Assembly (NCBI GenBank): GCA_951406725.2
Contig: OX597816.1
Span: forward strand, 57,536,001-57,600,000
Direction of reading: 5' to 3'
Length of the DNA: 64,000 nt
From: Octopus vulgaris
Lineage: Eukaryota
This document shows, piece after piece, positions 1-11,204 of this stretch (the stretch's first letter is position 1; the number at the start of each line of letters is the position of its first letter). Below the pieces are notes generated by a model. The model was not told the DNA's origin and ran no database searches. It saw nothing but the letters and a program-made list of their open reading frames with translations. Made by a program: the position numbers and the translations under genes.

Positions 1-883
1 GAAGACCTTTGTACCTCAGTATTTTTTGTATTGTATTTCATTGAAAGCCATATAGCCCTGGTACCTTGTCTGAAAATCTAGGGTTTGTATGGTACCAAAT
101 CTAAATGACTAGCCTTGTGCCTTCTCTGAGTAAGCTTAGGGTTAAATGCAAAATTTAAACGAGTCATTCTCAATAGAGCAATAGGGTCCCCTGAAGGTCC
201 TTGACATATTTGAAGGGAGCAACAAGCTATCTGTTTTTTGCTTTATTGGGGAGATGAATAGAAGAAATTTAGAACTGATTCACAAGCGGATGGGTGGGGG
301 GGGTCTTGTGAAACTGAAAAGAATTTCTCTGGGAGCCACAATGAAAAACAGTTGAGAACGGCTGATCTAAATAACCAAAGAGACTTTCCCCTGAGACTAA
401 ATTACTACAGTTTTATAACCTAGACTAAATGACCAGTCTTGTATCATTGTCATTTAACACCTGTTTTCCATGTTAGCATGGATTGTACAGTTTGACAGTA
501 GCTGGGAAGGCCAACTGCCATACCAGGCTCCATTGTCTGTTTTGCCATGGCTTCTGCAGCAGGATGCCCTTCCTAACACCAACCACATCACAGGGTATAC
601 TGAGTGCCTTTTTTTACATGGTATCAGCACTGATGCTTTTTATGTGGCACCAGCACTGACAGGGTCACCAAGTACCTTCCAAGACAAAAAAGAAAAAAAG
701 GCAAAGCCCTCTCACCACAACTGGGAGTGGGAAGAAGCATAGGCATGGGGGGGTGGCTTTGTGTCAGTTGAGTAATTAAAGGTGTAGAGGGGGAGAGGCT
801 AGAGATAGGTGCACCCTAGTCAAAATAAGCATTTGTATTGCAACCAAGATTCTAATATTATTGTTCTCATCACTAATCTACAG

Positions 884-1141
884 CTTGTCCCCCAAACAAG
901 TATGGCATCAACTGTGAGAATGATTGCCAATGTGGGAAGGCTGGCATTTGTAATCCACAGGATGGAACATGTCAGTGTAAAATGGGCTGGAGTGGCGAAA
1001 CTTGTGAAGAATCCTGTCCATCTGGTCGATATGGTCCCAACTGCGTACACACATGTCAGTGTCAAAACAAGGGAACATGTGATCCAGTCACAGGGTGTTG
1101 TACCTGTGCAAATGGCTTCTATGGACAACTCTGTGAAATTC
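884..1141 (+). CDS. MEGF6: Internal exon of a multiple-EGF-like-domain (MEGF6-like) gene, two EGF repeats; the gene starts upstream of the window
   Basis: ctacag| acceptor, C|gtaagt donor, 258 nt, phase 1-1. Translates xCPPNKYGINCENDCQCGKAGICNPQDGTCQCKMGWSGETCEESCPSGRYGPNCVHTCQCQNKGTCDPVTGCCTCANGFYGQLCEI. The symbol is a family-level guess (MEGF6 versus MEGF10/11/Draper). Confidence 0.93.
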
Positions 1142-1344
1142 GTAAGTAACTCTTGAATTTTCTTTGGTTGTTGTTTTTTGGTGATATATAGCAGAGAACT
1201 GCTTACCATCTGAAGAGAGAATGAATAATTTATGAATTCTTTATATTTTGGGCAATGCACTCAACAACAGAAATAAACAACGAATTGTCAGAGGTTAGCA
1301 ATAATCTCTGAAAATTCCAAGATTATTTCTGTAGATGGGTGAAT

Positions 1345-1817
1345 CACCTTTTGCTACCAGCCCACCTGAAACTGCCTTTGGCCCTATAGTACAAATGTTT
1401 TGTTTTCAAAAGTTTTCAATTAAAATCTTCCACCAAACCTTAGTCACAATTTATGTTCCTAACACTAGCTTAATGATAACTAAGTTATTTTCCTAACATC
1501 TTAATTGAAAGAAACACAGAGCATCTCAACAAAAATATGGTAACAAAAGGGTTTAAATATATAATAGAGAAACAATTCTTAACCCTTTTGATACCAACCC
1601 AGCTGAAACAGCCTCTGGCTCTGTAGCACAAATGTTTTGCTTTCATAAGTTTTGAATTAAAATCTTCCACCAAACCTTAGTCACAATTTATGTTCCTAAC
1701 ACTAGCTTAATGATAACTAAGTGATTTTACTAAATTCTTTGTTATATTTAAAATATCTAAAATTAACTGAAAGAAACACAGAGCATCTCAATTGAAATAT
1801 GGTAACAAAAGGGTTAA
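1345..1817. mobile_element. Tandem pair of piggyBac-type MITEs
   Basis: Unit 1583-1813 reads ttaa|CCCTTTTGATACCA...TGGTAACAAAAGGG|ttaa (TTAA sites, CCC/GGG termini). A second, more decayed unit lies at about 1345-1553. Confidence 0.7.
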
Positions 1818-2224
1818 CAAATGATTAATTATTCTCTTTTCAGATTGTAAAAAATTCTCCAGAGTGTTTTCTATATTTCAAATCGTCCATCATCATTTAA
1901 TGCCCATTTTCTAGGCTGGTCACTCATTTGCTTCATCCGTTTCTCTATATCACAATGCTTCAAGTAAACTACAAAATGCTTCTCGCATTAATTATATTTG
2001 TCAAATGGTGCTTTAGCGTTGAGAAAATTAACTTTCGCTATTGGTCAACTGAAATGTGTCCAGAGGAGAGGACCACTTTGACGAGGAGGTGCAATGAAAA
2101 TGGCCAGCAGAAAGGTTCCGTAGGTTTGTGGTTTCAGTTGCACAAAGAAAGACTGAGACCTTACACACACACACACAAGCCTTGCGAGTGGATCTAGTAG
2201 ATGGGAACTGAAAGAAGCCCTTGT

Positions 2225-2620
2225 CATCATCATCATCATCATTTAGCGTCCGCTTTCCATGCTAGCATGGGTTGGACGGTTCAACTGGGGTCTGTGAAGC
2301 CAGAAGGCTGCATCAGGCCCAGTCTGATCTGGCAGTGTTTCTATGGCTGGATGCCCTTCCTAACGCCAACCACTCCGTGAGTGTAGTGGGTGCTTTTTAC
2401 ATACCACCCGCACAGGTACCAGACGGAGCTGGCAAACGGCCACGAACAGATGGTGCCTTTTACGTGCCACCGGCACGGTGGCCAGGCGAGGCTGGCAACG
2501 GCCACGAACGGATGGTGCTACGTGCCAGGCAACGGACACAAACGGATGGTGCTTTTACGTGCCACCGGCACGGAGGCCAGTCAGGGCGGCGCTGGCAACG
2601 GCCATGATCGGATGGTTCGC
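2225..2620 (-). mobile_element. SINE-like repeat with (CAT)n end and internal GGTGCTTTT(T)ACGTGCCACCGGCAC repeats
   Basis: Near-identical opposite-strand copy at about 52758-53075. Related copies at about 23935-24330, 25388-25572, 42895-43108, 59270-59540 and 61070-61560. Confidence 0.8.
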
Positions 2621-2828
2621 ATAAGGAAGATGAAATAAGTAGAGTTTTGCATTTATACAATTCTAGCTGTAGAGGGGTGAAGAAGGGAAGGGTCGTAGGG
2701 AAGGCTTGACAGGTAGAGATTGGGTGAGATGGGGGTATAGATATACTGTTTCAGCTGGGTTGGTATCAAAAGGGTTAAGAATTGTTTCTCTATTATATAT
2801 TTTAACCCTTTTCTTACCATATATATAA

Positions 2829-3064
2829 GGCGGAGAGCTGGCAGAAATGTTAGCACGTTGGGCGAAATGCTTAGCGGTATTTCGTCTGCCGTTACATTGT
2901 GAGTTCAAATTCTGCCGAGGTCGACTTTACCTTTCATCCTTTCGGGGTCGATAAATTAAATACCAGTTACGCAATGGGGTCAATGTAATCGACATAATAC
3001 CTATGTCTGTCCTTGTTTGTCCCCACTATGTTTAGCCCCCTGTGGGCAATAAAAAAACAGGTAT
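2829..3064 (+). mobile_element. tRNA-derived SINE (GGCGG-GAGCTGGCAGAA family)
   Basis: B-box-like GAGTTCAAATTC. Highly similar copies at 63654-63888 (+) and 17526-17719 (-). Confidence 0.8.
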
Positions 3065-3335
3065 AGATATATTTGTTTAGGGCTCTGTTTTGGGGTTTAG
3101 TTTTTTTTTTTTTGCTGAAATGGATGGATCTTCTGAAACACAGTGAATTGCCAGCATCTCAGTCCTTTGTGATCTCCACAGTGAAGCTTAACAACCTGAG
3201 GTCGGTTTTCATTACTTTGTCCCACATCTTCCTGGGTCTCCTTCTTTCACAAGTTCTATCCACATTTCTAATATTTACAGTGGAATTCAGTGAAATGGTA
3301 AAAGAGAATTATATATTGTTTCCTAATATTTTCAG

Positions 3336-3464
3336 AGTGTCCTCCAGGATCTCACGGTTTCTATTGTAAAGAACGGTGTGACTGTGAAAATGGAGCATTG
3401 TGTGATCCAGCCACGGGACAATGTAAATGCAAGCCCGGATTCATAGGAAATCGCTGTGAAAAAG
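3336..3464 (+). CDS. MEGF6: Internal EGF exon of the MEGF6-like gene
   Basis: attttcag| acceptor, G|gtctgt donor, 129 nt, phase 1-1. Translates QCPPGSHGFYCKERCDCENGALCDPATGQCKCKPGFIGNRCEK, in frame with the previous exon. Confidence 0.93.
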
Positions 3465-4340
3465 GTCTGTATGATATTTTTTCAGCTTTTTACTTCACCA
3501 AATATATTGTTCAAATTGAGAACTCTTTCCAAGAAAGTTTATTTTTTTACCAGTTCCAACCAGATAGTGGTGGCTATACTACAGCACAACCCTAGATAAT
3601 TTTGTAAACAGCATTCTGTGTTTGATAAACTGCTGCCCTCGCATATCATTGGATGTGATTGAGGTCGATCTAAGATCTTTTATCTGGCACTCCTCCGTCA
3701 GTTATTCCAGGTGTTTCAGTTGATCCGATCAACAGAGCAGCTTACCCATGAAATTAACATGCAAGTGGCTGAGTACTCCACAGACACACGTACCCTTAAC
3801 ATAGTTCTCAGGGAGATTCAGCTGTATGCAGAATGGGTCAAGCCTGGCCCTTTGAAATGCAGGTACAATTCACTTTTACCAGCTGAGTGGACTGGAGTAA
3901 TGTGAAATAAAGTGTCTTGTTTAAGGACACAGCATGCCACAAGGAATCAAACATATGACTTTATGATTATAAGCAAACAGCCTAACCACTGAGCCACTAA
4001 GCCTTCACTATAACATATGGCTTAGTGGTTAGGGCATTCTCCTGAGCTCTTTCACACTTCTTAAACCCCTACATTTACAAATATTATTTCAACACTTACA
4101 TAATCCTCTTATTTCACTGCTCCTTGCACAGCAGGTTATCTCCGGTGACCTCCCCCACCCAACTAGCCTCTATCATATGTTTTTCTTTTCCTTCTCTGTT
4201 TTCCTCTTTCTCATTTCTATGCTTTTCTTCTGATGAAGGACTCGTGTTTAAAACATTAAGACTCTTCCTCTTATTTTTAAGCATTAAGCTAGAACAGAAT
4301 TATCCTTCCCATGTTGTCTTTCTTTTTGTTCATTTACAGC

Positions 4341-4815
4341 ACATTATTTACATTTGACAGATATTTGTCCTCATTTTGTTTGTTGTTAACACAACGTTTC
4401 AGCTGATATACCCTCCAGCCTTCATCAGATGTCTTGGGGGAAATTTCAAACCTGGGTTCTCATTCATATGGTATTTTTCGATGTTACTATTATCATTGTT
4501 CAGGTCACTGCCTGGAATCGAACTCGGAATCTTGGGGTTAGTAGCCCACAAGCATATAGCATAGTGGTTAAGAGTGCGGGCTACTAACCCCAAGATTCTG
4601 AGTTCGATTCCAGGCAGTGACCTGAACAATAATAATAATTATAACATTGAAAAATACCTTAGGAATGATAACCCAGGTTCAAAATTTCCCCAAGACACCT
4701 GATGAAGGCTGGAGGGTATATCAGCCGAAATGTGTTAACAACAAACAAGATGAGGACAAATATCTGTCAAATGTAAATAATGTACATAATTCCTCGTCTC
4801 TTAAATATCGAACTG
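4341..4815. mobile_element. tRNA-head/hammerhead-tail element: full copy 4547-4815 (+) preceded by an inverted partial copy 4341-4547 (-)
   Basis: A box TAGCATAGTGG, B box GTTCGATTC, short (AAT)n, CTGATGA-stem-GAAA motif, 3' end TTAAATAT(C/A)GAACTG. The two arms are reverse complements. Confidence 0.85.
4388..4433 (-). ncRNA. Minimal type I hammerhead ribozyme motif
   Basis: Minus strand reads GACAU CUGAUGA A GGCUG-GAGGGUAUAU-CAGCU GAAA CGUU GUGUU. Stem I is GACAU/GUGUU, stem II is GGCUG/CAGCU, and stem III is the palindromic minimal AACGUU. Activity is untested. Confidence 0.65.
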
Positions 4816-5113
4816 TAGATCTGATCTGTTTCGATATGCTCATCCAGGAATAACCGACCTGATGGTAACTGAGGATTAAATTCAAATATACATCTAAATT
4901 ATTGAACATTATCGTGTCTCTAAAGATTAGATCAATTATCCAAAACCTGCATAATCTTCTACATTTGTTTATATCTTCTTATTGGCAACATTAGAAATCA
5001 CTGAGAAATGTATGAATGCCACCACTTCTTGTTTCTCCATGCCTAACATGGAATTTGTTGTCTGAATAAAAGCCAATGTCTTATGTTTTATTTTATTTTC
5101 CTTCTTTTACCAG

Positions 5114-5239
5114 AATGTGAACCAGGGACCTTTGGTTTACACTGTCAAGAGAAATGTGACTGTGCTTCTTATGGCTGCAACCCAGTCACAGGGGAATGCA
5201 AATGTCCCTCAGGATACACTGGACCCAGGTGTGAAACAG
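5114..5239 (+). CDS. MEGF6: Internal EGF exon of the MEGF6-like gene
   Basis: cttttaccag| acceptor, G|gtaaat donor, 126 nt, phase 1-1. Translates ECEPGTFGLHCQEKCDCASYGCNPVTGECKCPSGYTGPRCET. Confidence 0.93.
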
Positions 5240-5940
5240 GTAAATATATTTTCACTTCACTGAACCAGTGGTGGTGGTGGTGGTGGAGGAGGTTGTGATA
5301 ATGATGGCGATGATAATAGAGACAGTAGTATTGATGGTGGTGGTGCTGATAATCGTAATGATGGTTGTTGTTGATGATGATGATGATACTGACAATGATG
5401 ATGGCGGAGGTGATGGTGATGACTCTAAGAAGTAATGATGATGATGATGATTTGAGTGTAACATTGGTACAAGACCACAACATTAAGCAATATAGTTGCC
5501 TTGTATAAAGATGAAAAGCTGGTAGAATTGGTGGTACAGCGGGCAAAGTGCTCAGCAGCATTTCATCGGCTTCTGCATCCCGAGTTCAAATGCCACCATG
5601 GTTGATTTCACCTTCCATACTTTTAGGGTTGATGTAATCACTTGTCCCCTCCCCCAAAACTGTTGGCCTTGTGCCAAAATTTAAAACCTTGTGTGAACTT
5701 CAGTATATTACTGGTACTCTATCAAGCCCAAAAACTGAAAGGCCAAGCCAAGTTGGATGGGATTTGAAAGTAGGAAAAGAATTTCACTAAATACCACAAG
5801 GCATTTTGTCCAATACTCCAGTAATTTGATCAATTCACCACCATGAGGATGATGATAACAGTGATTGCTATAAGCAATAGTAGGGGTGATGATGATGATG
5901 ATAAGTAGACCATCTCCCTATTTCTCTTTTTTTATTCCAG

Positions 5941-6075
5941 CATGTTCTGAAGGACGCTATGGTCCAAACTGTCGCTACGTCTGTGAGTGTGACAACTCTG
6001 GAACGTGTGACCCCATGTCAGGTCACTGTAACTGCCTAGACGGTTGGATTGGTGCTAAATGTGAACTCACAACAG
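5941..6075 (+). CDS. MEGF6: Last EGF exon of the MEGF6-like gene
   Basis: tttattccag| acceptor, G|gtattt donor, 135 nt, phase 1-1. Translates ACSEGRYGPNCRYVCECDNSGTCDPMSGHCNCLDGWIGAKCELTT. Confidence 0.93.
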
Positions 6076-6314
6076 GTATTTATCTACACAACATTTCATT
6101 GCTTTCCTTTTCTTTTCAGCTTTAACTTGTCCCAGGAGACTTTTCTTGCTCTTGGTCTGGTCTGTGGTGGTGACTGGTTGAGGAATGGGGTTGCATGTAG
6201 GAGTAATTGAACAATACTCGTGAGCATTTAACAGAATATTTTATTATCGCACATAAGGACGAAGTACATTGACCTTTAACAGATAGCAACAACAAAGAAA
6301 TGAAGCTGGTATCT

Positions 6315-6620
6315 TCCTTGGATGTGAGGTGTCGGTGTGTATGTGCAACAGAGTGTAAGCATCTTGAGAGAAAAGTTGAGCGTAAAAGCATCAGCTGTAT
6401 GCAAGAGAGATGACTGTGCCTGTAAGGCAATGTGATGCACAGAGACAGGGACAGAAGTGCTGATCTCTAGCTGTGGAGGGAACTTGTGGTAGAGGTAGAC
6501 CCAGGAAGACATGGGATGAGGTAATGAAGCATGATCTTCGAATGTTGGGACCCATAGAGGCAATGATAGGTGAACGAGTCCTTTGGAGATGTGCCTTGGT
6601 CAAGAAGGCTTGTCAAGTGA
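6315..6620 (+). mobile_element. RTE-like LINE 3' fragment
   Basis: Reads ...VEGTCGRGRPRKTWDEVMKHDLRMLG... and is homologous to 56303-56630 and 60720-61067. Confidence 0.8.
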
Positions 6621-6899
6621 AATCGTACTCGTGGTCAATGCTGGTGTCATATAATTGGCACCTGTGCCAGTGACATGTAAAAAAATAACTTTCAAGTGTT
6701 GAGCCTAATGGTGGCAAGGTGGTTGATGCTGGTGGCACATGAAATGCACCTTTCAAGTGTTGGGGCTCATTATGTATAATGTTAAGAACCTGGCTAAATC
6801 CTTCTTTAGAATACTAGACTCTAACTTCCCTCGACAACATAAATATCATTCTATCTTTAATAGATCCTCCTTCAAATTATCTCATTACGCAAAAAGTTT

Positions 6900-8000
6900 A
6901 TATATGTTTATGTATTTGTGTGTGTATATGTATATATGTATACTTTATTTAAAGCAGCAAAAACATTCAAAACCTTTTACTCTGACTTTCCCGTTGCCGT
7001 TCATCGGACAGTTTTTGTGCATATATATATGTGTGTGTATATATGTATATATATATATATATATGTGTGTGTGTATATGTGTAAGTGTGTGTGTATGTAT
7101 GTGTATGTATGTATGTGTGTGTATGTATGTGTATGTATGTATGTATGTGTGTGTGTGTGTATGTATGTGTATGTATGTGTATGTGTGTGTATGTATGTAT
7201 ATATGTGTATATATATGTGTATGTGTGTGTATGTATGTATGTTATTGTGTGTGTGTGCATGTGTGTGTGTATGTATGTGTCTGTGTGTATATATGAGTGT
7301 ATGCATGTATGTGTGTGATGTGTGTGTGTATGCATGTATGTGCATGTATGTATGCATGTATGTGTATGCATGTATGTGTGTGTCTGTATGTCTGTATGTG
7401 TGTGTGTGTGTGTATATGAGTGTGTGCATGTGCATGTATGTGTATGTATGTGTGTGCATATGTGTGTGTGTGTATGTGTGTGTGCAGGTGTGTATGTATG
7501 TGTATGTATGTATGTTATTGTGTGTGTGCATGTGTGTGTGTATGTATGTGTATGTATGTATGTGTATGCGTGTATATATGAGTGTATGCATGTATGTGTG
7601 TGATGTGTGTGTGTATGCATGTATGTATGCATGTATGTGTATGTATGTGTATTGTGTGTGTGTGTGTATGTGTGTGTGTGTGTGTATTTGTGTATGTATG
7701 TGTGTGTGTGTATTTGTGTATGTATGTATGTGTCTGTGCATGTATGTGTGTGTGTATATGTATGTATGTATATATGTTTATATATTTGTTTATATATATG
7801 TCCATTTATGCGTGCCTTTCCTTCATTGGACACTAACCTCTGCTTGCAAAGAATTGTTGAGGCAAGTGAAATGTGTGTATGTATGTATGTGTGTGTGTGT
7901 GTGTATGTATGTGTGTGTATGTGTATGTATGTATGTGTATATGTATATATATGTATGTATATATATATGTTTATGTATATATATGTATGTATGTATATAT
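6900..8000. repeat. Compound (TG/TATG/TA)n microsatellite with an internal ~80 bp tandem duplication
   Basis: Direct reading. GTCCATTTATGCGTGCC...GCAAGTGAAAT occurs at about 7800-7872 and again at about 8001-8073. Confidence 0.95.
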
Positions 8001-8241
8001 GTCCATTTATGCGTGCCTTTCCTTCATTGGACACTAACCTCTGCTTGCAAAGAATTGTTGATGCAAGTGAAATCCAAATCAAATTCGATGACTGGCATCT
8101 GTGCCAGTGGACCGCTAAGAGAACCATATGAGTGAGATCGTTGCCAGAGCAAGAAGCTGGCCTCCGTGCCGATGGCACGTTAAAAACACTATTCGAGCTT
8201 GATCATTACCTGCTTCGCCTACTAGCAATTGTGCTGGTGGC

Positions 8242-8351
<110 letters not shown>

Positions 8352-8424
8352 TCAATAAAGACTCTTTCTTTCAGTTTTCTCTTGATTTCATTCGGATTGT
8401 ATAGCTTATGAAATGGAAATATTA

Positions 8425-8553
8425 TAAACCATGTGGATCTGGGTTCAGTTCCACTGCATGGCACCTTGGACAAGTGTCTTCTATATATATAGCCTTGGGC
8501 TGACCAAAGCTTTGTGAGTGGATTTGGTAGATGGAAACTGAAAGAAGCCCGTC

Positions 8554-8588
<35 letters not shown>

Positions 8589-8805
8589 TATATATGTGTT
8601 TGTGTGTCCATGTTTGTCCTTCCCAACATCGCTTGACAACTGATGCTGGTGCTTTCACATCCCTTTAACTTAGCGTTTCGTCAAAAGAGATCGATAGAAA
8701 AAGTACTAGGCTTACAAAGAATAAGTCCTGGGGTCGATTTGCTCGACTAAAGGTGGTGCTCCAGCATGGCTGCAGTCAAATGACTGAAACAAGTAAAAGA
8801 GGAAA
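8425..8805 (+). mobile_element. Abundant tRNA-derived SINE (GGAGTGGCTGTGTGGTAAG...GGGTTCAGTCCCACTG family) with internal (TA)n
   Basis: Many copies: about 24435-24820, 32345-32710, 32735-33145, 35178-35605, 36633-37020, 53390-53545 (+) and 44969-45133, 55955-56287, 58818-59222 (-). Confidence 0.85.
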
Positions 8806-8861
8806 GTGTAAATAAATATATATATATATATATGTATGTATATACATATGTATACGTATGT

Positions 8862-9856
8862 ATCTCTAAGATGACCATCTCCAGGTAATCTTGTCTCAGA
8901 TAAAGCAACGATGTCAAGATCATAGCGTTGAAGCTCCTTCGCAACAAGCGCAGTCCTTCTTTCAGGACATTCAGAGGACTTGCGGTCAAGCAGTGTCCAT
9001 ACATTCCAACAGCCAATATTCACTATTTTCTTTGGTTCTATCACAGTAGCATGATGACGGCCGGGTTCAACTGTGATGCTCTGGAGCCCCTGCCGGGCCA
9101 GACTCTTTCAGCTGATGTGGTTCCAGAGTCCTTACTGCAATTTATTTTTATAATGTTTTGGTACATCATTAATTTTTTGCTTTTTAAGGCTACAGCCAAC
9201 CATTCAGTTGAGACTCACAGCACTATCAACAATCATGAATTAGTTAATCAATTTAATCAATCCAATGTAGCTATCGTGCAATGCCTGTGCAAAAATATTT
9301 TTTTTAAAGTGAGGAAAGGCTGTGCACTGAGTCAATCCCACTCACTAAGCAACAGCAGCCATAATCCGAAAAGAAGAACAAGTCAACATCATCGGTAACC
9401 ACTGAGCTGCAGGTTTTATGTCGGAGTTATCCCATTTACCTGAGTTACCTTCGCCTAGAAGGATGCCCTAACAAAGGCTAGGAGTCCTTCACTCCCAATG
9501 GTTTAACCGCGCGATTGGGTATTCAGTCCGATTATTTCTTTCCCCCTGTGCATGATACAGCCTTAAGAAAACAAAACATTTATTGGATGGCCGTTGACTC
9601 TCAAGTTCCTCCGCCTTTTGACGGGTTTTGTTTTTCATCCCGCAGGGTGTCCAATAAACACCCTCCTCACCAAGCAAGCTTAGTGGGGTTGCCTGTTTAG
9701 TCGCCGACGACCCGACCATGCAACAGGTTGTACTGGGTTATATGTTACCAGTAGCACTAGGAAGTGACCAGCTGGGCTAAAAGGTCACATTCGATCACAG
9801 CACCAGTAACAGTTAAGCTTCTTGCAATGGCCATACTCGATAATGAGGGGGCAGCC
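8862..9856 (-). mobile_element. 5' part of an RTE-clade LINE: 5' UTR plus the start of an APE-type endonuclease (truncated)
   Basis: NIGCWNVWTLLDRKSSECPERRTALVAKELQRYDLDIVALSETRLPGDGHL (8862-9044) shows the WNV and DIVALSET motifs of LINE endonucleases. The UTR extent is approximate. Confidence 0.8.
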
Positions 9857-10643
9857 ATAATATGTATGTATATACATGTGTATATGTATAAATGTGTATG
9901 TATGTATGTATATACATGTGTATGTATATACATGTGTATGTATGTATGTATATATGTGTGTGTATGTATGTATATACATATATATATATATACACATGTA
10001 TATATATGTGTGTGTGTGTATAAATGCATACATATGTATACATTTTATATAGATATATATATACACACACACACATATGTATATATGTATGTATATGTCT
10101 ATGTGTTTATATATATATAGTTAATTTTTTAAAAAAAACAAGGAATGAACACAAGACAAAAACAACAAAGCGGGGATGTGGTACGTGCAAGGTATCAGCA
10201 GACATTCAGGCAAGGAAAGAAAGATGCTTTGGTACTTTTCAAAGTTTGATAAGTACAAACACCCAAAAGTCTCAGCCCTAGAGTTACTCTGTTGCTTCTA
10301 CTAAATATTGTGTCACCTGACTGACTCCTCATGCTGGTGGCACGTAAAAAGCACCATCCAAACATGGACAATGTCAGTCTTGCATTCGGTAATCACCTCT
10401 CTCGGTACCCGACAGGCACACACTTTTGAAAAGCCAAGTGATTTGACAATGTTGTAAGCACTTCCATGGCTCACTTCAATGTTTACTGCCAACTCATCAA
10501 GAGTTAAGCGCCTGTCTTCTCTGATCAGAGCATCTGCTTTTGATTAATTGGCAAAATTCACAGAAGCAGACAGACAGATGGACGGACGGACGGACGGACG
10601 GCCAGAACGGGGTTTATTGGCTACACTCACATTTCCCACCTTT

Positions 10644-10856
10644 CCATCTTTCAGACGACGGACCCACCTGCATACATTGCTATAATCTAAAGTATTGTCC
10701 TCAAAACCATTTTGTAATCGTCAGTAAATGTTCATAGGGGTCTCCCCCTCAGCAACAAGAATTTCCATCTTTCAGACGATGGACACGCCTGCCTACATTG
10801 CTATAATCTAAAGTATTGTCCTCAAAACCATTTTGTAATCATCAGTAAATGTTCAC
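10644..10856 (+). repeat. Tandem duplication of a ~95 bp unit (period 121)
   Basis: TTTCCATCTTTCAGACGA...GTAAATGTTCA appears twice with few substitutions. Confidence 0.9.
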
Positions 10857-11204
10857 AGCAACAAGAAATTCAATCACTGCTCTTTGTTTTTGACATAACT
10901 CTAAGGGGGCAGCGATTTTCAATTTTCCTCACCAGTCTGAAAACCTGAAAAGTAAGAAACAAAATATTTCAGAATGTAACAGGGAAAAGTTTCAGTTATT
11001 TTTATCAAAAACTTCACATGAAATAAATAAATTGACATCACTTTTTGACTCACCCTCATACATCTGTTTTTGTTGTAACTTGATAAATGATTCAAATAGG
11101 TTATCAAAATATGACAAAACTTTCAACTCAACATTGTAATGTTTGTTAATTTCATTTAAATTTGATGTAATTTCCTAAGATTTGCAATTTCTTATTTTTT
11201 GCAG

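Noticed and set aside
809-1260. ORFs 809-1156 (+) and 820-1260 (-)
   Set aside because: These are shadow frames of the EGF exon 884-1141; the real frame is the Cys-patterned one bounded by splice sites.
2385-2615. Regularly spaced GGTGCTTTTACGTGCCACCGGCAC repeats resembling a CRISPR array
   Set aside because: The intervening sequences are related to each other, the array is internal to a dispersed SINE-like family, and the context is eukaryotic with no cas genes.
4547-4625. Possible tRNA genes (also 19496, 38424, 47298)
   Set aside because: A and B boxes are present but there is no complete acceptor stem, and each continues into a repeat body, so they are SINE heads.
6739-8178. Long ORFs of up to 405 aa (CVYM- or HTYI-rich), and similar ones at 9.8, 25, 41.3, 43.3, 50.4 and 51.5 kb
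   Set aside because: They are translations of (TG/TA/TATG)n microsatellites, which lack stop codons.
9700-9856. HDV-like ribozyme at the RTE 5' end
   Set aside because: A hairpin is visible on the minus strand but I could not assemble the nested double pseudoknot by eye; it needs a descriptor search.
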